A DNA stretch of 64,000 bases from Myxococcota bacterium (GCA_040386535.1 JAZKFH010000003.1:192001-256000); one strand, 5' to 3'; shown: positions 1 to 10,668, counted from the stretch's first letter. Program-made: numbers and translations. The notes: a model not told the origin generated them from the letters alone.

Positions 1-217
1 ACTTGCCGGAGCCGGCGAGCTTCTGGCAGACGAGCGGCAGCTCGTAGGCGCCGGGCACCCACACGACCGGCAGGTCCGTGGTGTCGACCCCGTGGCGGGC
101 CAGCGCGTGCACGGCCCCCTCGACGAGACGGGAGGTGATGAAGTCGTTGAACCGGGCAGCCACGATTGCGTAGCGACCGGAAACGTCGAGGAGATTGCCT
201 TCGACGGTACGGGGCAA
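1..217 (-). CDS. ribH: 6,7-dimethyl-8-ribityllumazine synthase (5' part; runs off the window edge)
   Basis: Manual translation from TTG at 217: [35 protein letters not shown]...[10 protein letters not shown]; follows ribBA. Confidence 0.92.
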   Translation of the reverse strand, partial: MPRTVEGNLLDVSGRYAIVAARFNDFITSRLVEGAVHALARHGVDTTDLPVVWVPGAYELPLVCQKLAGSGK

Positions 218-233
218 GAGGACTCCGAGAGAA

Positions 234-1442
234 TCAGCGTTCGAGCAGGTGCCCGAGGTGTTGGCGCCGGGATTCGAGAAACGCACTTCTATCCGGGCGG
301 GGCTCTGCCCGGAGCGGGATTCGCTCGACCACCCGAAGGCCGAACCCCTCGAGGCCCACGATCTTCCTCGGGTTGTTCGTGAGGAGGCGGAGCTCGCGGA
401 CCCCGAGATCGACGAGGATCTGCGCGCCGGTGCCGAGCGCGCGGAGCTTGTCGCCTTCCGCGGCGGGCGAGGCGTCGGGCACGAGGTGCTCGCGCAGGCG
501 GGCCACGAAGGCCGCGGGCGTCGGCCCGCCGTCGATGTTCAGGTACAGGAGGACGCCCCGGCCCTCGGCCGAGATCCGCCCGAGCGCGGCACGGAGCTGC
601 TCGCTGGAGTCCGACGTGAGCACGCGGAACACGTCCACCGGGCCGCAGCTCGACTGGATCCGCGCGAGCACGGGGCCCCCGGAGAGGTCGCCCACGGAGA
701 GCGCGAGGTGGAGCCCGCCGCTCGTGTCCTGGAACACGGTGGCCTTGAGCTCACCGAACTCCTCGGTCGGCATCGGCGTCTCGAGCACCCGGCGCACGAG
801 GCGCTCGTTGCGCAGGCGCCAGCGCACGATGTCGGCGACGGTGACGATGTGGAGGCGATGGGTCGCCGAGAACCGCTCGAGGTCCGAGAGGCGCGCCATC
901 GTACCGTCATCGTTCATGATCTCGCAAATCACGCCCGAGGGGGGCAGGCCGGCGAGCCGCGCGAGATCGACCGATCCCTCGGTCTGGCCGGTGCGGACGA
1001 GCACGCCGCCGTCCCGCGCACGCAGCGGGAACACGTGGCCCGGGGAGATGAGGTCGTTCGGGCCCTTGGTGGGGTCGATGGCGACGAGCGTGGTGTGCGC
1101 GCGGTCGGCCGCCGAGATGCCCGTGGACACGCCCTCGCGCGCCTCGATCGAGACGGTGAACGCGGTCGCGAAGGGCGACTTGTTGTTCGTCGCCATCATG
1201 GGGAGGTTGAGCTCCGCCACGCGATCTTCGGTCAGCGTCAGGCAGATCAGGCCGCGGCCGTGCTTCGCCATGAAGTTGATGGCTTCGGGCGTCACCATCG
1301 ACGCGGCCATCGTCAGGTCGCCCTCGTTCTCGCGATCCTCGTCGTCGACGAGGATCACCATCCGGCCGGCCTGGATGTCTTCGATCGCCGTCTGGACGCG
1401 GCGTTCGGGGTCCGGCGCCATCACTTCGAAGTCCATGCTCAC
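234..1442 (-). CDS. ribB: DHBP synthase fused to a degenerate GTP cyclohydrolase II domain (RibBA/RibBX type)
   Basis: [43 protein letters not shown] motifs; C-terminal LLTNNPRK. Confidence 0.92.
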   Translation of the reverse strand: MSMDFEVMAPDPERRVQTAIEDIQAGRMVILVDDEDRENEGDLTMAASMVTPEAINFMAKHGRGLICLTLTEDRVAELNLPMMATNNKSPFATAFTVSIEAREGVSTGISAADRAHTTLVAIDPTKGPNDLISPGHVFPLRARDGGVLVRTGQTEGSVDLARLAGLPPSGVICEIMNDDGTMARLSDLERFSATHRLHIVTVADIVRWRLRNERLVRRVLETPMPTEEFGELKATVFQDTSGGLHLALSVGDLSGGPVLARIQSSCGPVDVFRVLTSDSSEQLRAALGRISAEGRGVLLYLNIDGGPTPAAFVARLREHLVPDASPAAEGDKLRALGTGAQILVDLGVRELRLLTNNPRKIVGLEGFGLRVVERIPLRAEPRPDRSAFLESRRQHLGHLLER

Positions 1443-1450
1443 TCCCCTCT

Positions 1451-2086
1451 TCAGTCGCGGGTGAAGCCCGCCGCGCGCAGCAGCGGAAGATCCACGCCCC
1501 CGACGCGCGCACCGAGGAGGCGTTCGACGTACTTGGCGAGGATGTCGACCTCCAGGTTGACCGGGCTGCCCGTTCGGAGCGCGCCGAGGTTGGTCACCTG
1601 GAGGGTGTGCGGCACGATGCCGACGTTGAAGCCCGCACGGTCTATCCCATTCACGGTCAGACTGACGCCGTCGATGCAGACGCTACCTTTCTCCACGAGA
1701 TACCTCGAGAGTTCCTCCGGCGCATCCACGTCGATGCGCGTCCATTGTGCGCCCGGCGTGACCGCGCGTACGCGACCGACCCCGTCCACGTGCCCTTGGA
1801 CGATGTGACCGCCGAGTCGGTCGCCCACGCGCATCGCCCGCTCGAGGTGCAGGACGCGGCCGGTGGCAATCTCCGCGAAGGTCGTACGCCGGAGCGTCTC
1901 CTCCCCCGCGGTCACCTGGAACGAGGTGGCGTCGAACGCTTCGACCGTGAGGCACACGCCGTCACACGCGATGGACTCGCCGAGCACGAGCGCCTCGAAG
2001 GGGGCGGTGATCCACAACACCTTGCCACTTCCGCGCTGCGCGACGGTGCGTACGGCCCCGCGCGCTTCGACCAGACCGGTGAACAT
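1451..2086 (-). CDS. ribE: riboflavin synthase alpha chain
   Basis: Starts [38 protein letters not shown]. Confidence 0.95.
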   Translation of the reverse strand: MFTGLVEARGAVRTVAQRGSGKVLWITAPFEALVLGESIACDGVCLTVEAFDATSFQVTAGEETLRRTTFAEIATGRVLHLERAMRVGDRLGGHIVQGHVDGVGRVRAVTPGAQWTRIDVDAPEELSRYLVEKGSVCIDGVSLTVNGIDRAGFNVGIVPHTLQVTNLGALRTGSPVNLEVDILAKYVERLLGARVGGVDLPLLRAAGFTRD

Positions 2087-3147
2087 CAGCCCTCCGTGCG
2101 CTCGAGCGCGATGTGCAGATCGTCTCCCACCGGCTCGCTCGACACGAACCGGAACGCGGGCGCGTCGGCGAGGGAGAACCCCGGCCCCGAAGCGAATCCC
2201 GGCCCCCCGGCGAGCACCCGCGCGTTCACGAAGAGCTCGATGCGGTCGACCAGACCGGCCCCGAGCAGCGCGCGGTGGACGGTCCCTCCCCCCTCGACGA
2301 GCAGGTGGTGATGCCCCTGCGCGACGACGGCCTTGAGCGCCGCTTCGAGGTCGAGGCCGGACGGACCGCGCGGCAGACGAACGATGTCCGCGGGCAGATC
2401 CGTCGGCGGCGCGTCCTCGCCACAGAGGATCAGCGGCCGGCGCCCGGCGGTGAGGATCCGCGCGGTGGACGGCGTGCGCAGCCACGTGTCGAGGACGACG
2501 GGCACGGCGTTGCGGCCTCCGGGGAGGCGGGTGTCGAGCCCGCAGTCGTCCGCGAGGACCGTCCCGATGCCGACCATCACGGCGTCATGGGTGTCCCGAA
2601 GGCTGTGCGCCCGGGCCCGCGCCGCCGGCCCGGTGATCCAGCGGCTCTCCCCCGCTTCGGACGCGATGCGCCCGTCGAGCGAGATGCCGGCCTTGAGCGT
2701 GACCTCGGGGAGCCCGCGGGACACGGCGTGGAGGAAGCCGCGGTTGAGCCGCTTGCACTCCTCTTCGCGCACGCCCACGACGACCTCGATGCCCGCGTCC
2801 TTCAGGGCGCGGATCCCGCGGCCCGAGACGAGGGGGAACGGATCGACGGTGCCGATGACCACCCGGCGGACGCCGCTCTTGACGATGGCCTCCGTGCACG
2901 GGGGCGTCCGGCCGAAGTGGCAGCAGGGCTCGAGCACCACGTACATGGTGGCGCCCTCGGCGCGCCCGCCCAGCTGCGCCAGCGCGTGCGGCTCGGCATG
3001 GTGCTGGCCCGGCGGCTGGGTCCACCCCTCGGCGAGCACGACACCGTCGCGCTCGACCACCACGCCCACCATGGGATTGGGGGACGTGCGGCCGGCGGCC
3101 CGACGCGCGACGTCGAGCGCGAGCCCCATCATCCGCCAGTCGTTCAC
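2086..3147 (-). CDS. ribD: bifunctional deaminase/reductase RibD
   Basis: SPNPMVG, HAE, LEPCCHFGRTPPC, SLDGRIA, SRWITG, VEGGG; GTG start overlaps the nrdR stop. Confidence 0.95.
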   Translation of the reverse strand: MNDWRMMGLALDVARRAAGRTSPNPMVGVVVERDGVVLAEGWTQPPGQHHAEPHALAQLGGRAEGATMYVVLEPCCHFGRTPPCTEAIVKSGVRRVVIGTVDPFPLVSGRGIRALKDAGIEVVVGVREEECKRLNRGFLHAVSRGLPEVTLKAGISLDGRIASEAGESRWITGPAARARAHSLRDTHDAVMVGIGTVLADDCGLDTRLPGGRNAVPVVLDTWLRTPSTARILTAGRRPLILCGEDAPPTDLPADIVRLPRGPSGLDLEAALKAVVAQGHHHLLVEGGGTVHRALLGAGLVDRIELFVNARVLAGGPGFASGPGFSLADAPAFRFVSSEPVGDDLHIALERTEG

Positions 3148-3593
3148 CGCCGCTCCAACAGCGGGCGGAGCACCTCGAGGAAGTCCTCGGGGCTCCCGAC
3201 GGCGTGGTAGACCGAGGCGAAGCGCAGGTAGGCGACGTGATCGAGCACCTGGAGCTCGCGAAGGGCCATGGCGCCGAGGTCCGCGGTGGAGAGCTCGCGA
3301 TCGGCGCGCTTTGCCAGCTCGCGCTCGACGCGGGTGATCAACGAGTCGAGCTGCTCCTCGGTCACGGGCCGCTTTCGGCACGCCAACTGCAGCCCTGCGA
3401 GCAGCTTCTCGCGGCTGAACGGCTGACGGCGGCCGTCCCGCTTCACGAGCGTGGGGGTGCGGAGCTCGACCCGCTCGAACGTCGTGAAGCGAGCGCCACA
3501 GGCGAGGCATTCCCGACGGCGCCGGGTGCAGTCACCCGCGTCCCGGGAGTCGACGACCTTGCTGTCTTCGTGCTGGCAAGCCGGGCACATCAT
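3144..3593 (-). CDS. nrdR: transcriptional repressor NrdR
   Basis: MCPAC...SKVVDSR...RRRRECLACGARFTTFER, ATP-cone, VAYLRFASVY. Confidence 0.97.
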   Translation of the reverse strand: MMCPACQHEDSKVVDSRDAGDCTRRRRECLACGARFTTFERVELRTPTLVKRDGRRQPFSREKLLAGLQLACRKRPVTEEQLDSLITRVERELAKRADRELSTADLGAMALRELQVLDHVAYLRFASVYHAVGSPEDFLEVLRPLLERR

Positions 3594-3664
3594 CGGACGC
3601 TCTGTCTCCTACCCTCGGGCGACGGGCCCGTATCCGCCACGCGCGGACCGCGGGCTCGCGCCGA

Positions 3665-4897
3665 CTAAGCGGGCACGGGATGACGCGCACAGAGCGCGTG
3701 CACTTCGGCGCCCACGGCGTCGAGCCGCGCGTTGTCGTTCCGGTGCTCGAGCGCGTCGGCGATGAGATCCGCCACCCGTGCGGCGTCGACCGCGCCGAGG
3801 CCGCGCGTGGTCATCGCCGGCGTGCCGACACGGATGCCGCTCGTGACGAAGGGGCTGCGCTTCTCGTTGGGGACGGTGTTCTTGTTCACCGTGATGCCGA
3901 CCCGGCCCAGCACCGCCTCGGCGTCCTTGCCGCTGTAGGGCGCGTCGGACAGGTCGATGAGCATCAGGTGGTTGTCGGTGCCGCCGCTGACGAGGCGGAA
4001 CCCACGCTCGGTCAGCCGCGTCGCCATCGCCTGGGCGTTGGCGAGCACCTGGCGCTGGTAGTCCACGAACGAGGGCTCGAGTGCCTCGCGGAACGCGATG
4101 GCCTTGGCAGCGATGACGTGCATCAGCGGGCCGCCCTGGGTGCCCGGGAACACCGCGGAGTTCAGGCCCTTCACGAGGTCCGTGCGCGCGAAGGCCATGC
4201 CGCCGCGGGGCCCGCGGAGGGTCTTGTGCGTGGTCGTCGTGACGTAGTCGCACAGGCCGAACGGGGTCGGGTGCAGCTCGGTCGCGACGAGGCCGGCCAC
4301 GTGCGCGATGTCCGCCACGAGGACGGCGCCGACTTCATCGGCGATTTCGCGGAACGCGACCCAGTCCCAGTGGCGGGGGTAGGCGCTGGCGCCCGTCATG
4401 ATGAGCCGGGGCCGCTCGCGCCGGGCGATGTCGCGCACGGAGTCGAGATCGATGCGGCCATCGTCGTTCACCTTGTAGTGAACGGCCTTGTAGAGCTTTC
4501 CGCTCGAGTTGGCGGGCGACCCGTGGGTGAGGTGGCCGCCGTTCGACAGGTCCAGGCCGAGGATGGTGTCCCCCGCCTTGAGCGCCGCGAGGTAGACCGC
4601 AGCGTTTGCCTGCGCGCCCGAGTGCGGCTGGACGTTGACGCCCTCGCTGCCCTTGAAGAGCGCGAGCGCGCGGTTCCGGGCGATGTCCTCGACCACGTCG
4701 ACGAACTGGCAGCCGCCGTAGTAGCGCTTGCCGGGGAGCCCCTCGGCGTACTTGTTCGTGAGCACGGAGCCGAGGGCCTCGAGCACATCGGCCGAGACGT
4801 AGTTCTCCGACGCGATGAGCTCGAGCTCCTCGCGCTGGCGCACCCGCTCTTGCTCCATCGCCTGGGAGATCTCGGGATCGTTCTTCGCGATGCTCAT
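3665..4897 (-). CDS. glyA: serine hydroxymethyltransferase
   Basis: [39 protein letters not shown]. Confidence 0.97.
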   Translation of the reverse strand: MSIAKNDPEISQAMEQERVRQREELELIASENYVSADVLEALGSVLTNKYAEGLPGKRYYGGCQFVDVVEDIARNRALALFKGSEGVNVQPHSGAQANAAVYLAALKAGDTILGLDLSNGGHLTHGSPANSSGKLYKAVHYKVNDDGRIDLDSVRDIARRERPRLIMTGASAYPRHWDWVAFREIADEVGAVLVADIAHVAGLVATELHPTPFGLCDYVTTTTHKTLRGPRGGMAFARTDLVKGLNSAVFPGTQGGPLMHVIAAKAIAFREALEPSFVDYQRQVLANAQAMATRLTERGFRLVSGGTDNHLMLIDLSDAPYSGKDAEAVLGRVGITVNKNTVPNEKRSPFVTSGIRVGTPAMTTRGLGAVDAARVADLIADALEHRNDNARLDAVGAEVHALCARHPVPA

Positions 4898-5340
4898 GCC
4901 TTCCCCCCATCCTTCGCCATCATCTTCTCTACCCGGCCCGCGTGGCGGCCGCCCTCGAACGGAGTCGTCAGAAAAGCGTCGACGATGTCTTCGGCGAGGC
5001 CCGATCCCACGACCCGCTGCCCGAGGCACAGGACGTTGGCGTCATTGTGGGCGCGCGTAGCCCGGGCGCTGAACGTGTCCGCCACCACCGCGGCCCGGAC
5101 GCCGGGAATGCGGTTCGCCGTCATCGCCATCCCCTGCCCCGTCCCGCAGACGAGGATGCCACGTTCGACCCCGCCGGAGGTGAGCACCCGACCGAGGGCG
5201 TTCGCGAGGTCGGGGTAGTCACACGAGGCGGACGTGTTCGTGCCGACGTCCTCGACCTCGTGGCCCTGGTCGCGGAGGCGGGCGGCGAGATGGTCCTTGA
5301 GCACGAGGCCCGCGTGATCCGAGCCGATGACGATGCGCAT
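4894..5340 (-). CDS. rpiB: ribose-5-phosphate isomerase B
   Basis: [33 protein letters not shown]. Confidence 0.95.
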   Translation of the reverse strand: MRIVIGSDHAGLVLKDHLAARLRDQGHEVEDVGTNTSASCDYPDLANALGRVLTSGGVERGILVCGTGQGMAMTANRIPGVRAAVVADTFSARATRAHNDANVLCLGQRVVGSGLAEDIVDAFLTTPFEGGRHAGRVEKMMAKDGGKA

Positions 5341-5342
5341 GG

Positions 5343-6584
5343 TCACTCCTCCCAGCGACGGAACACCAGGCTGGCGTTGGTGCCGCCGAAGCCGAACGCG
5401 TTGGAGACGACGACCCGGGGATCCGCCTTGCGCGCGACGCCGGGCACGTAGTCCAGGTCGCACTGCGGATCGGGGTTCACGAGGTTCGCGGTAGGCGGGA
5501 CGATGCCCGTGTGCAACGTGCGTACCGCCGCGACAGCCTCCACTCCACCAGCGGCGCCGAGCAGGTGCCCAGTCACGCCCTTGGTGCTGGAGATCATCAG
5601 CTTGCGCGCGTGCTCCCCGAAGACGGTCTTGATCGCCTGCGTCTCGCTGGCGTCGTTCTGGGGGGTCGACGTGCCGTGCGCGTTGATGTAGTCGACCTCG
5701 GTGGGGTCGATCCCCGCGGAGGCGAGCGCGAGCCGCATGCACCGGACGGCCCCGGCGCCACCGGGCGCGGGCGCGGTGTCGTGGTGCGCGTCGTTCGTGA
5801 GGGAGTAGCCGACGAGCTCGGCCAGGATTTCGACCCCGCGGGCGCGAGCGTGCTCGAGCTCCTCGAGGATCACGATGCCGGCGCCCTCGCCCATCACGAA
5901 CCCGTCGCGCTCGTTGTCGAACGGGCGGCAGGCGGTGCCGGGATCGTCGTTGCGCTTGGAGAGCGCCTTCATCACCATGAAGCCGGCGATGCCGACGGGG
6001 GTGATCGCGGCCTCGGAGCCGCCGGCGACGACCACGTCGGCGTCCCCGTAGCGGATGGCGCGCCAGGCCTCGCCGATGCTGTGGTTGCCGGTGGCGCACG
6101 CGGTCGTCACGCAGAGGCTCGGCCCCTGCGCGCCGTACTCGATGGCGATGTGGCCGGCGGCCAGGTTCGTGAGCGCCCGCGGGATGAAGAACGGCGAGAG
6201 CCCGCGGTACCCCTCGGCGTCGTACATCCGCGCGCCGAGGACGATCTCCTGCAGCCCGCCGATGCCCGTGCCGACGTACACGCCGAGCCGCGGATCGCCC
6301 TCGGGGCGGCGGACGAGGCCCGCGTGACGGCACGCCTCGTTCGTGGCGACCATGGCGTACTGGGCGAACAGATCGAGCCGCTTGGCGAGCTTGCGACCGA
6401 GGATTCCCTCCCCGTCGAAGCCCTTGACCTCAGCGGCGATCCGAACCGGAAAGCCGGTGGTATCGAAGCGGCTGACGAGGGTGACCCCCGACCGCCCTTC
6501 GACCATGGCCGACCAGGTGGACGACGCGTCCGCCCCACAAGGCGTGACCGCGCCAAGCCCGGTGATGACGACGCGACGACCCAC
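5343..6584 (-). CDS. fabF: 3-oxoacyl-ACP synthase II
   Basis: RRVVITGLG, TACATG, INAHGTST, GHLLGAAG, SNAFGFGGTN. Confidence 0.97.
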   Translation of the reverse strand: MGRRVVITGLGAVTPCGADASSTWSAMVEGRSGVTLVSRFDTTGFPVRIAAEVKGFDGEGILGRKLAKRLDLFAQYAMVATNEACRHAGLVRRPEGDPRLGVYVGTGIGGLQEIVLGARMYDAEGYRGLSPFFIPRALTNLAAGHIAIEYGAQGPSLCVTTACATGNHSIGEAWRAIRYGDADVVVAGGSEAAITPVGIAGFMVMKALSKRNDDPGTACRPFDNERDGFVMGEGAGIVILEELEHARARGVEILAELVGYSLTNDAHHDTAPAPGGAGAVRCMRLALASAGIDPTEVDYINAHGTSTPQNDASETQAIKTVFGEHARKLMISSTKGVTGHLLGAAGGVEAVAAVRTLHTGIVPPTANLVNPDPQCDLDYVPGVARKADPRVVVSNAFGFGGTNASLVFRRWEE

Positions 6585-6603
6585 TGGGCCTCCGGACCCC
6601 TGA

Positions 6604-6846
6604 CTAATGGGCCTTGTTCTGGATGTAGTCCACGGCGTCCTGCACCGTGGAGATCTTCTCCGCGTCTTCGTCCGGGATCTCGATCCCGAACTCCTTCTCG
6701 ATCGCCATCACCAGCTCGACGATGTCGAGCGAGTCGGCGCCCAGATCGTCGATGAACGACGCATCGGGAATCACCTCGGTTGGGTTCACGCCGAGCGATT
6801 CGGCGATCAGGTCCTTGACGCGACGGACAATCTCTTCAGTGGCCAT
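6604..6846 (-). CDS. acpP: acyl carrier protein
   Basis: [14 protein letters not shown] phosphopantetheine site. Confidence 0.97.
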   Translation of the reverse strand: MATEEIVRRVKDLIAESLGVNPTEVIPDASFIDDLGADSLDIVELVMAIEKEFGIEIPDEDAEKISTVQDAVDYIQNKAH

Positions 6847-6983
6847 GGGTATCTCCCGGCGGGGCGGCGCTTTCTATCCGAACCCGCGCACGAAAGCTAC
6901 TCCGGCAGGCCTTCCCGACGCTCGCGCTACGCGATCTTCTCGGCAGAAGCGCGCCTTGGTCATGCGCAAGGACCGTTTGCGCC

Positions 6984-7979
6984 TCAATCGCGAGGGAGGC
7001 GTTGCCCGACGAGGTGCCGCAACGCGGGGAGGAGCCCCGCCTCCGCACACGAGCGGGCGTAGCGGAGCGCGCTGGCCACCGCACGAGGGTCGGCGCGGCC
7101 GTGACCGACCACCGCGACCCCCTCCACACCGAGCAGCAGGGCGCCCCCGACCGCGTCGTAGGCGGTGCGCTGCCGGAACCGACGGATCGCCCCTTGGAGC
7201 AGCCACGCGCCGAGCTGGGCGGTCGGTCGGCGTCGGATCTCGTCGCGCAGCACACGCCCGACGACCTCGACCGTTCCCTCCACCGTCTTGAGCATCACGT
7301 TGCCGACGAACCCGTCACACACGAGCACGTCGCACTCGCCGCGGAGCGCCCCGAGCGGCTCGACGTTGCCGACGAAGTTGAGCGGGAGCGCCTCGAGCTC
7401 GGGCCAGGCCGCGCGCACCTGGGTGTTCCCTTTCCCTCGCTCCTCCCCGTTGGCGAGGAGCCCTACCCGCGGGTGGGCGAGGCCGAGGACCGCGCGCGCG
7501 TACGCGTCCCCCAGCACCGCGAACTGCGCGAGGTGGTGGGGCTTGCAGTCCACGTTGGCGCCGAGGTCGACCAGGACCAGCTGACCACCATCGCGGCGGG
7601 GCACGACGGTCGCCAGGGGCGGACGCTCGATGCCGGGAATGGGCCCGAGCACGTGCAACGCGCTCGCCATCGCCGCGCCCGAGTGACCACAGGTGACCGC
7701 GCCGAGGGCCTGCCCTTCACGGACGAGCTCGAAGATGCGACGGATGGAGGCGCCCGGCTTCTTCCGCAAGGGCGTGGAGGCGGGCTCGTCCATCTCGACC
7801 ACGTCGGGCGCGTGGACGACGGTCAGCCCGCGCGGGACCTTCCCACGCAGGCGATTGGCGTCTCCAACGAGGACGACCGGCACGCCCTGCCGCACCGCGA
7901 GCTCGGCTCCGGCAAGCATGGCATCGGGGGCGTTGTCGCCCCCGAAGGCGTCGAGCGCGATCGGGCGCGGATCCGCCAT
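6984..7979 (-). CDS. plsX: phosphate acyltransferase PlsX
   Basis: IALDAFGGDNAP, DLGANVDCKP, GEERGKG, CDGFVGNVMLK, GGALLLGV. Confidence 0.95.
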   Translation of the reverse strand: MADPRPIALDAFGGDNAPDAMLAGAELAVRQGVPVVLVGDANRLRGKVPRGLTVVHAPDVVEMDEPASTPLRKKPGASIRRIFELVREGQALGAVTCGHSGAAMASALHVLGPIPGIERPPLATVVPRRDGGQLVLVDLGANVDCKPHHLAQFAVLGDAYARAVLGLAHPRVGLLANGEERGKGNTQVRAAWPELEALPLNFVGNVEPLGALRGECDVLVCDGFVGNVMLKTVEGTVEVVGRVLRDEIRRRPTAQLGAWLLQGAIRRFRQRTAYDAVGGALLLGVEGVAVVGHGRADPRAVASALRYARSCAEAGLLPALRHLVGQRLPRD

Positions 7980-7982
7980 GAC

Positions 7983-8186
7983 CTACTCGGCCGTCGCGAC
8001 GGCCTCGTCGTTGTCCGTGAACACCTTGCGGCCCTTGTAGGTGCCGCAGGAGGGGCACACGTGGTGGCGGAGCTTGGTGCCCGCGCACGCCGGGCACGTC
8101 TCGGTGGCGGCGGTGGCGACGAGAAAATCGTGGGCGCGACGGGTATCGCGGGCACGACGGGAGACGCGCTTCTTGGGAACGGCCAT
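7983..8186 (-). CDS. rpmF: 50S ribosomal protein L32 (Zn-ribbon type)
   Basis: [10 protein letters not shown]...CPAC...[13 protein letters not shown]. Confidence 0.97.
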   Translation of the reverse strand: MAVPKKRVSRRARDTRRAHDFLVATAATETCPACAGTKLRHHVCPSCGTYKGRKVFTDNDEAVATAE

Positions 8187-8195
8187 GAAAGACTC

Positions 8196-8723
8196 CTAAC
8201 GGGTGGGCTTGACGCCCTTGAGCACGGCGAGACGAGGATCGGGTTGTTCCGGGGGGAGGTCGGCCCGGGAGCGAAAACGTTGGAGGCACGCCGCGTCCGC
8301 CGCGGGATCGAGATCCCCGCAGAGCACGCGGGCCGGCAGTTCGAGCGCGAAGAACTCCCGGACGACGTGGACCAGGTCGAGCGCGACACCGTCGTACTCG
8401 CCGTGGTCCGGCGCCTCCGGGGGGGGATCCTCGTCGACCGTGGTGACGGCGATCTCGTCGAACGGCAGGTACTCGCAGCCGACGGTGCCGGCGACAGAGA
8501 ACTGGAGCGGTTCGGCGCAGCGATCACAGACAACGTTGGCGGCGCCCTCGAGTTGACCGGTCACCACGATGTGGCGCCCCCTGCGGGACACCTCGAGGCG
8601 ACCACCGACCGAGGTGCACTCCCCTCCCAGTCCCTCTCCGCAGCCCACGCGCGCCCAGTCCTGAACCTGCACGGACAAGCCGTGGGTCGGAATGGAGTCG
8701 AGTGAGATGATGGGGAGCGACAC
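8196..8723 (-). CDS. YceD/DUF177 family protein
   Basis: CDRC motif, C-terminal DPRLAVLK, position directly upstream of rpmF. Confidence 0.88.
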   Translation of the reverse strand: MSLPIISLDSIPTHGLSVQVQDWARVGCGEGLGGECTSVGGRLEVSRRGRHIVVTGQLEGAANVVCDRCAEPLQFSVAGTVGCEYLPFDEIAVTTVDEDPPPEAPDHGEYDGVALDLVHVVREFFALELPARVLCGDLDPAADAACLQRFRSRADLPPEQPDPRLAVLKGVKPTR

Positions 8724-8795
8724 GACAGCCTCCTGGAATGATCCAGCCAGTCAAGGGAACAGAGCGGCGCGCGTTATCGCACGCCCACCCCCTCG

Positions 8796-9722
8796 TCAAG
8801 CCGACAGCTCGGGGTGCGCGCACGTCCGATCGCAGCTCCGGATGGCGTTCCGGTGCTTCTCCAGGGCCTTCCACGCGGGGGCCATGTTGTCGGCCAGCCG
8901 CGTGCGATCGCCCTTGAACGGACAGGAGAGGACGGTGCCGTCGGGGAGGAGCTCCAGGCGGAGCGTGCCGACCGGGCACGACCCACGCGTCCGCGCGGCG
9001 CCCGGCCCGTCGTCCTTCATCGCGCGCACGATGTCCACGATGTCGGTGGGGGTGCGGCGGAACGGCGCCTCCTGCTTCGCGACCCAGGAGAGTGCGTCGA
9101 GCGCCCCACTCTCGAACGGCCCCCCCTTCCAGGGCGCGGCGACCTGCACGCCATCGACCCCTACGGACCGGGCCTCCTCACAGAGCGCGCGCAGCTCGGG
9201 CGCCGAGCGCACGTCGAACGGGACCTCGAGGACGATGTCGAGCGGCGCCGCGCGGGAGACACGGGCGGCGAGGAGCGCCGCGATGGCGCGCCGCGTGTCC
9301 GCTACACTCTCTCCGAGGACGGCCTGCTGGGTGGCGTCGTTCACGCCGGCCACGCGCACGAGGATCTGCTCGAGCCCGCAGTCCACCAGCTCGTCCGCGC
9401 GGCGAGAAGTGATGCCCGCCGCGGTGGTGCGCAGGCGTGTGGGGCACTCGAGCCGATGGGCGAAGCGCACCATGTCGGCGAGGAAGGCGTGATCCGCCCG
9501 CGCGACGATGTGTACGGGCAGGGGCCCCGACCACTCGACCACGCGGACGACAGCGTCGTACCACTCCTCCAGCTTCATCGAAGGCGCCGGGATCGGGCCC
9601 GCCGCATCGAGATCGTCGAGCCGCAGGACGAGGCGGGCAGGCCGACCCCCGAGGCCCGCGAGGGCCCTCCCCTCCCGCAGACGGGTCCGGGCGCGGACGA
9701 CGAGTTGTTCCAAAGCCTTCAC
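8796..9722 (-). CDS. radical SAM/SPASM-like protein lacking the CxxxCxxC motif
   Basis: Radical SAM-like barrel pattern; C-terminal CPVG...LPDGTVLSCPF...CDRTC; GGAGGA RBS before GTG at 9722. Confidence 0.65.
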   Translation of the reverse strand: MKALEQLVVRARTRLREGRALAGLGGRPARLVLRLDDLDAAGPIPAPSMKLEEWYDAVVRVVEWSGPLPVHIVARADHAFLADMVRFAHRLECPTRLRTTAAGITSRRADELVDCGLEQILVRVAGVNDATQQAVLGESVADTRRAIAALLAARVSRAAPLDIVLEVPFDVRSAPELRALCEEARSVGVDGVQVAAPWKGGPFESGALDALSWVAKQEAPFRRTPTDIVDIVRAMKDDGPGAARTRGSCPVGTLRLELLPDGTVLSCPFKGDRTRLADNMAPAWKALEKHRNAIRSCDRTCAHPELSA

Positions 9723-9752
9723 AATCCTCCGGGAGGGCAATACGACCGTTCC

Positions 9753-10232
9753 ATGTCGCCCCTCCCCCTCCTAATCTCCCTGCTCGCCGGGTGCGGCACG
9801 GACCCCGTCCAAGAAGACGTGGCCGCCTACCACGACGCGATGACGCCGCTCCTCGCGAAGAACCTCGTGCTCGCACAAGGTTTCCTCGACGTCGCGAGCA
9901 AGGTGAAGAAGGGCGACACCGACGCCCCTCAGATCGCCGAGCGGCTCGTGTCCGAGATCACGCCCGCCGCGGACCAGCTCCGCGCGGAGGCCGAGAAGAT
10001 CGAGCCCGTCACGCCGAAGCTCGGCGAGGCGCATGCCCTGCTCGTCCGTGCCTGGGGCGACCGGGCCGCGTCCTACCACGCGATGAGCGACGCCTGGGCG
10101 CAGAACGACCCCGCGGCGTTCGACCTCGCGCGCAAGAAGAACCTCCAGTCCAAGCTCGACGAAGAGACGTTCTTCCAGACCGTCAACACCATCGCCCAGC
10201 CGTACGGGCTGCTGATCGACCAGTACCCTTGA
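9753..10232 (+). CDS. helical lipoprotein of unknown function
   Basis: LAGC lipobox after a short hydrophobic stretch; coding-like codon use. Confidence 0.75.
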   Translation: MSPLPLLISLLAGCGTDPVQEDVAAYHDAMTPLLAKNLVLAQGFLDVASKVKKGDTDAPQIAERLVSEITPAADQLRAEAEKIEPVTPKLGEAHALLVRAWGDRAASYHAMSDAWAQNDPAAFDLARKKNLQSKLDEETFFQTVNTIAQPYGLLIDQYP

Positions 10233-10265
10233 AGCAAGAATTCGAACGAGCGTCACCTCGAACCC

Positions 10266-10295
10266 TTGACGCCTGTTCCCCGACTACATAATAGT
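10266..10295 (+). promoter_or_regulatory. probable sigma70-type promoter of the tRNA cluster
   Basis: TTGACG at 10266, AT-rich CATAATAGT, then GC-rich discriminator just before tRNA-Gln. Confidence 0.5.
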
Positions 10296-10305
10296 GCGGC
10301 GCCGG

Positions 10306-10381
10306 TGGGGTGTAGTGTAATCGGCAACACGTCAGGTTCTGGCCCTGAAGACTCTAGGTTCGACCCCTAGCACCCCAACCA
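10306..10381 (+). tRNA. tRNA-Gln(CTG)
   Basis: TGGGGTG/CACCCCA acceptor stem, anticodon loop TTCTGGC, GGTTCGAC T-loop, encoded CCA. Confidence 0.93.
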
Positions 10382-10401
10382 CTTCTCATATGATTCCAGA
10401 C

Positions 10402-10477
10402 GGTCCCATCGTCTAGAGGCCCAGGACAGTGCCCTCTCACGGCATAGACACGGGTTCGAATCCCGTTGGGACTACCA
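10402..10477 (+). tRNA. tRNA-Glu(CTC), copy 1
   Basis: GGTCCCA/TGGGACT acceptor stem, GTGCC-CTCTCAC-GGCAT anticodon arm, GGTTCGAATCC, CCA. Confidence 0.95.
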
Positions 10478-10480
10478 TCT

Positions 10481-10521
10481 GAAGCCCCTCCTGGTTCGCA
10501 GGTTCCAGGAGGGGTTTCTTC
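10481..10521 (+). terminator. hairpin/intrinsic terminator after the first tRNA-Glu
   Basis: CCCCTCCTGG...CCAGGAGGGG followed by TTTCTT. Confidence 0.6.
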
Positions 10522-10588
10522 ATCCGACGCGGCCACGTCGGAGCCGAGCGGTCGGGGCGCAATCCCCGCTCGTTCACGGACCTTTCTC

Positions 10589-10664
10589 GGTCCCATCGTC
10601 TAGAGGCCCAGGACAGTGCCCTCTCACGGCATAGACACGGGTTCGAATCCCGTTGGGACTACCA
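10589..10664 (+). tRNA. tRNA-Glu(CTC), copy 2 (identical to copy 1)
   Basis: 76-nt exact duplicate of 10402-10477. Confidence 0.95.
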
Positions 10665-10668
10665 TCCA

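Noticed and set aside
3594..3664. FMN riboswitch ahead of nrdR-rib genes
   Set aside because: Gap is only about 70 bp with no RFN consensus
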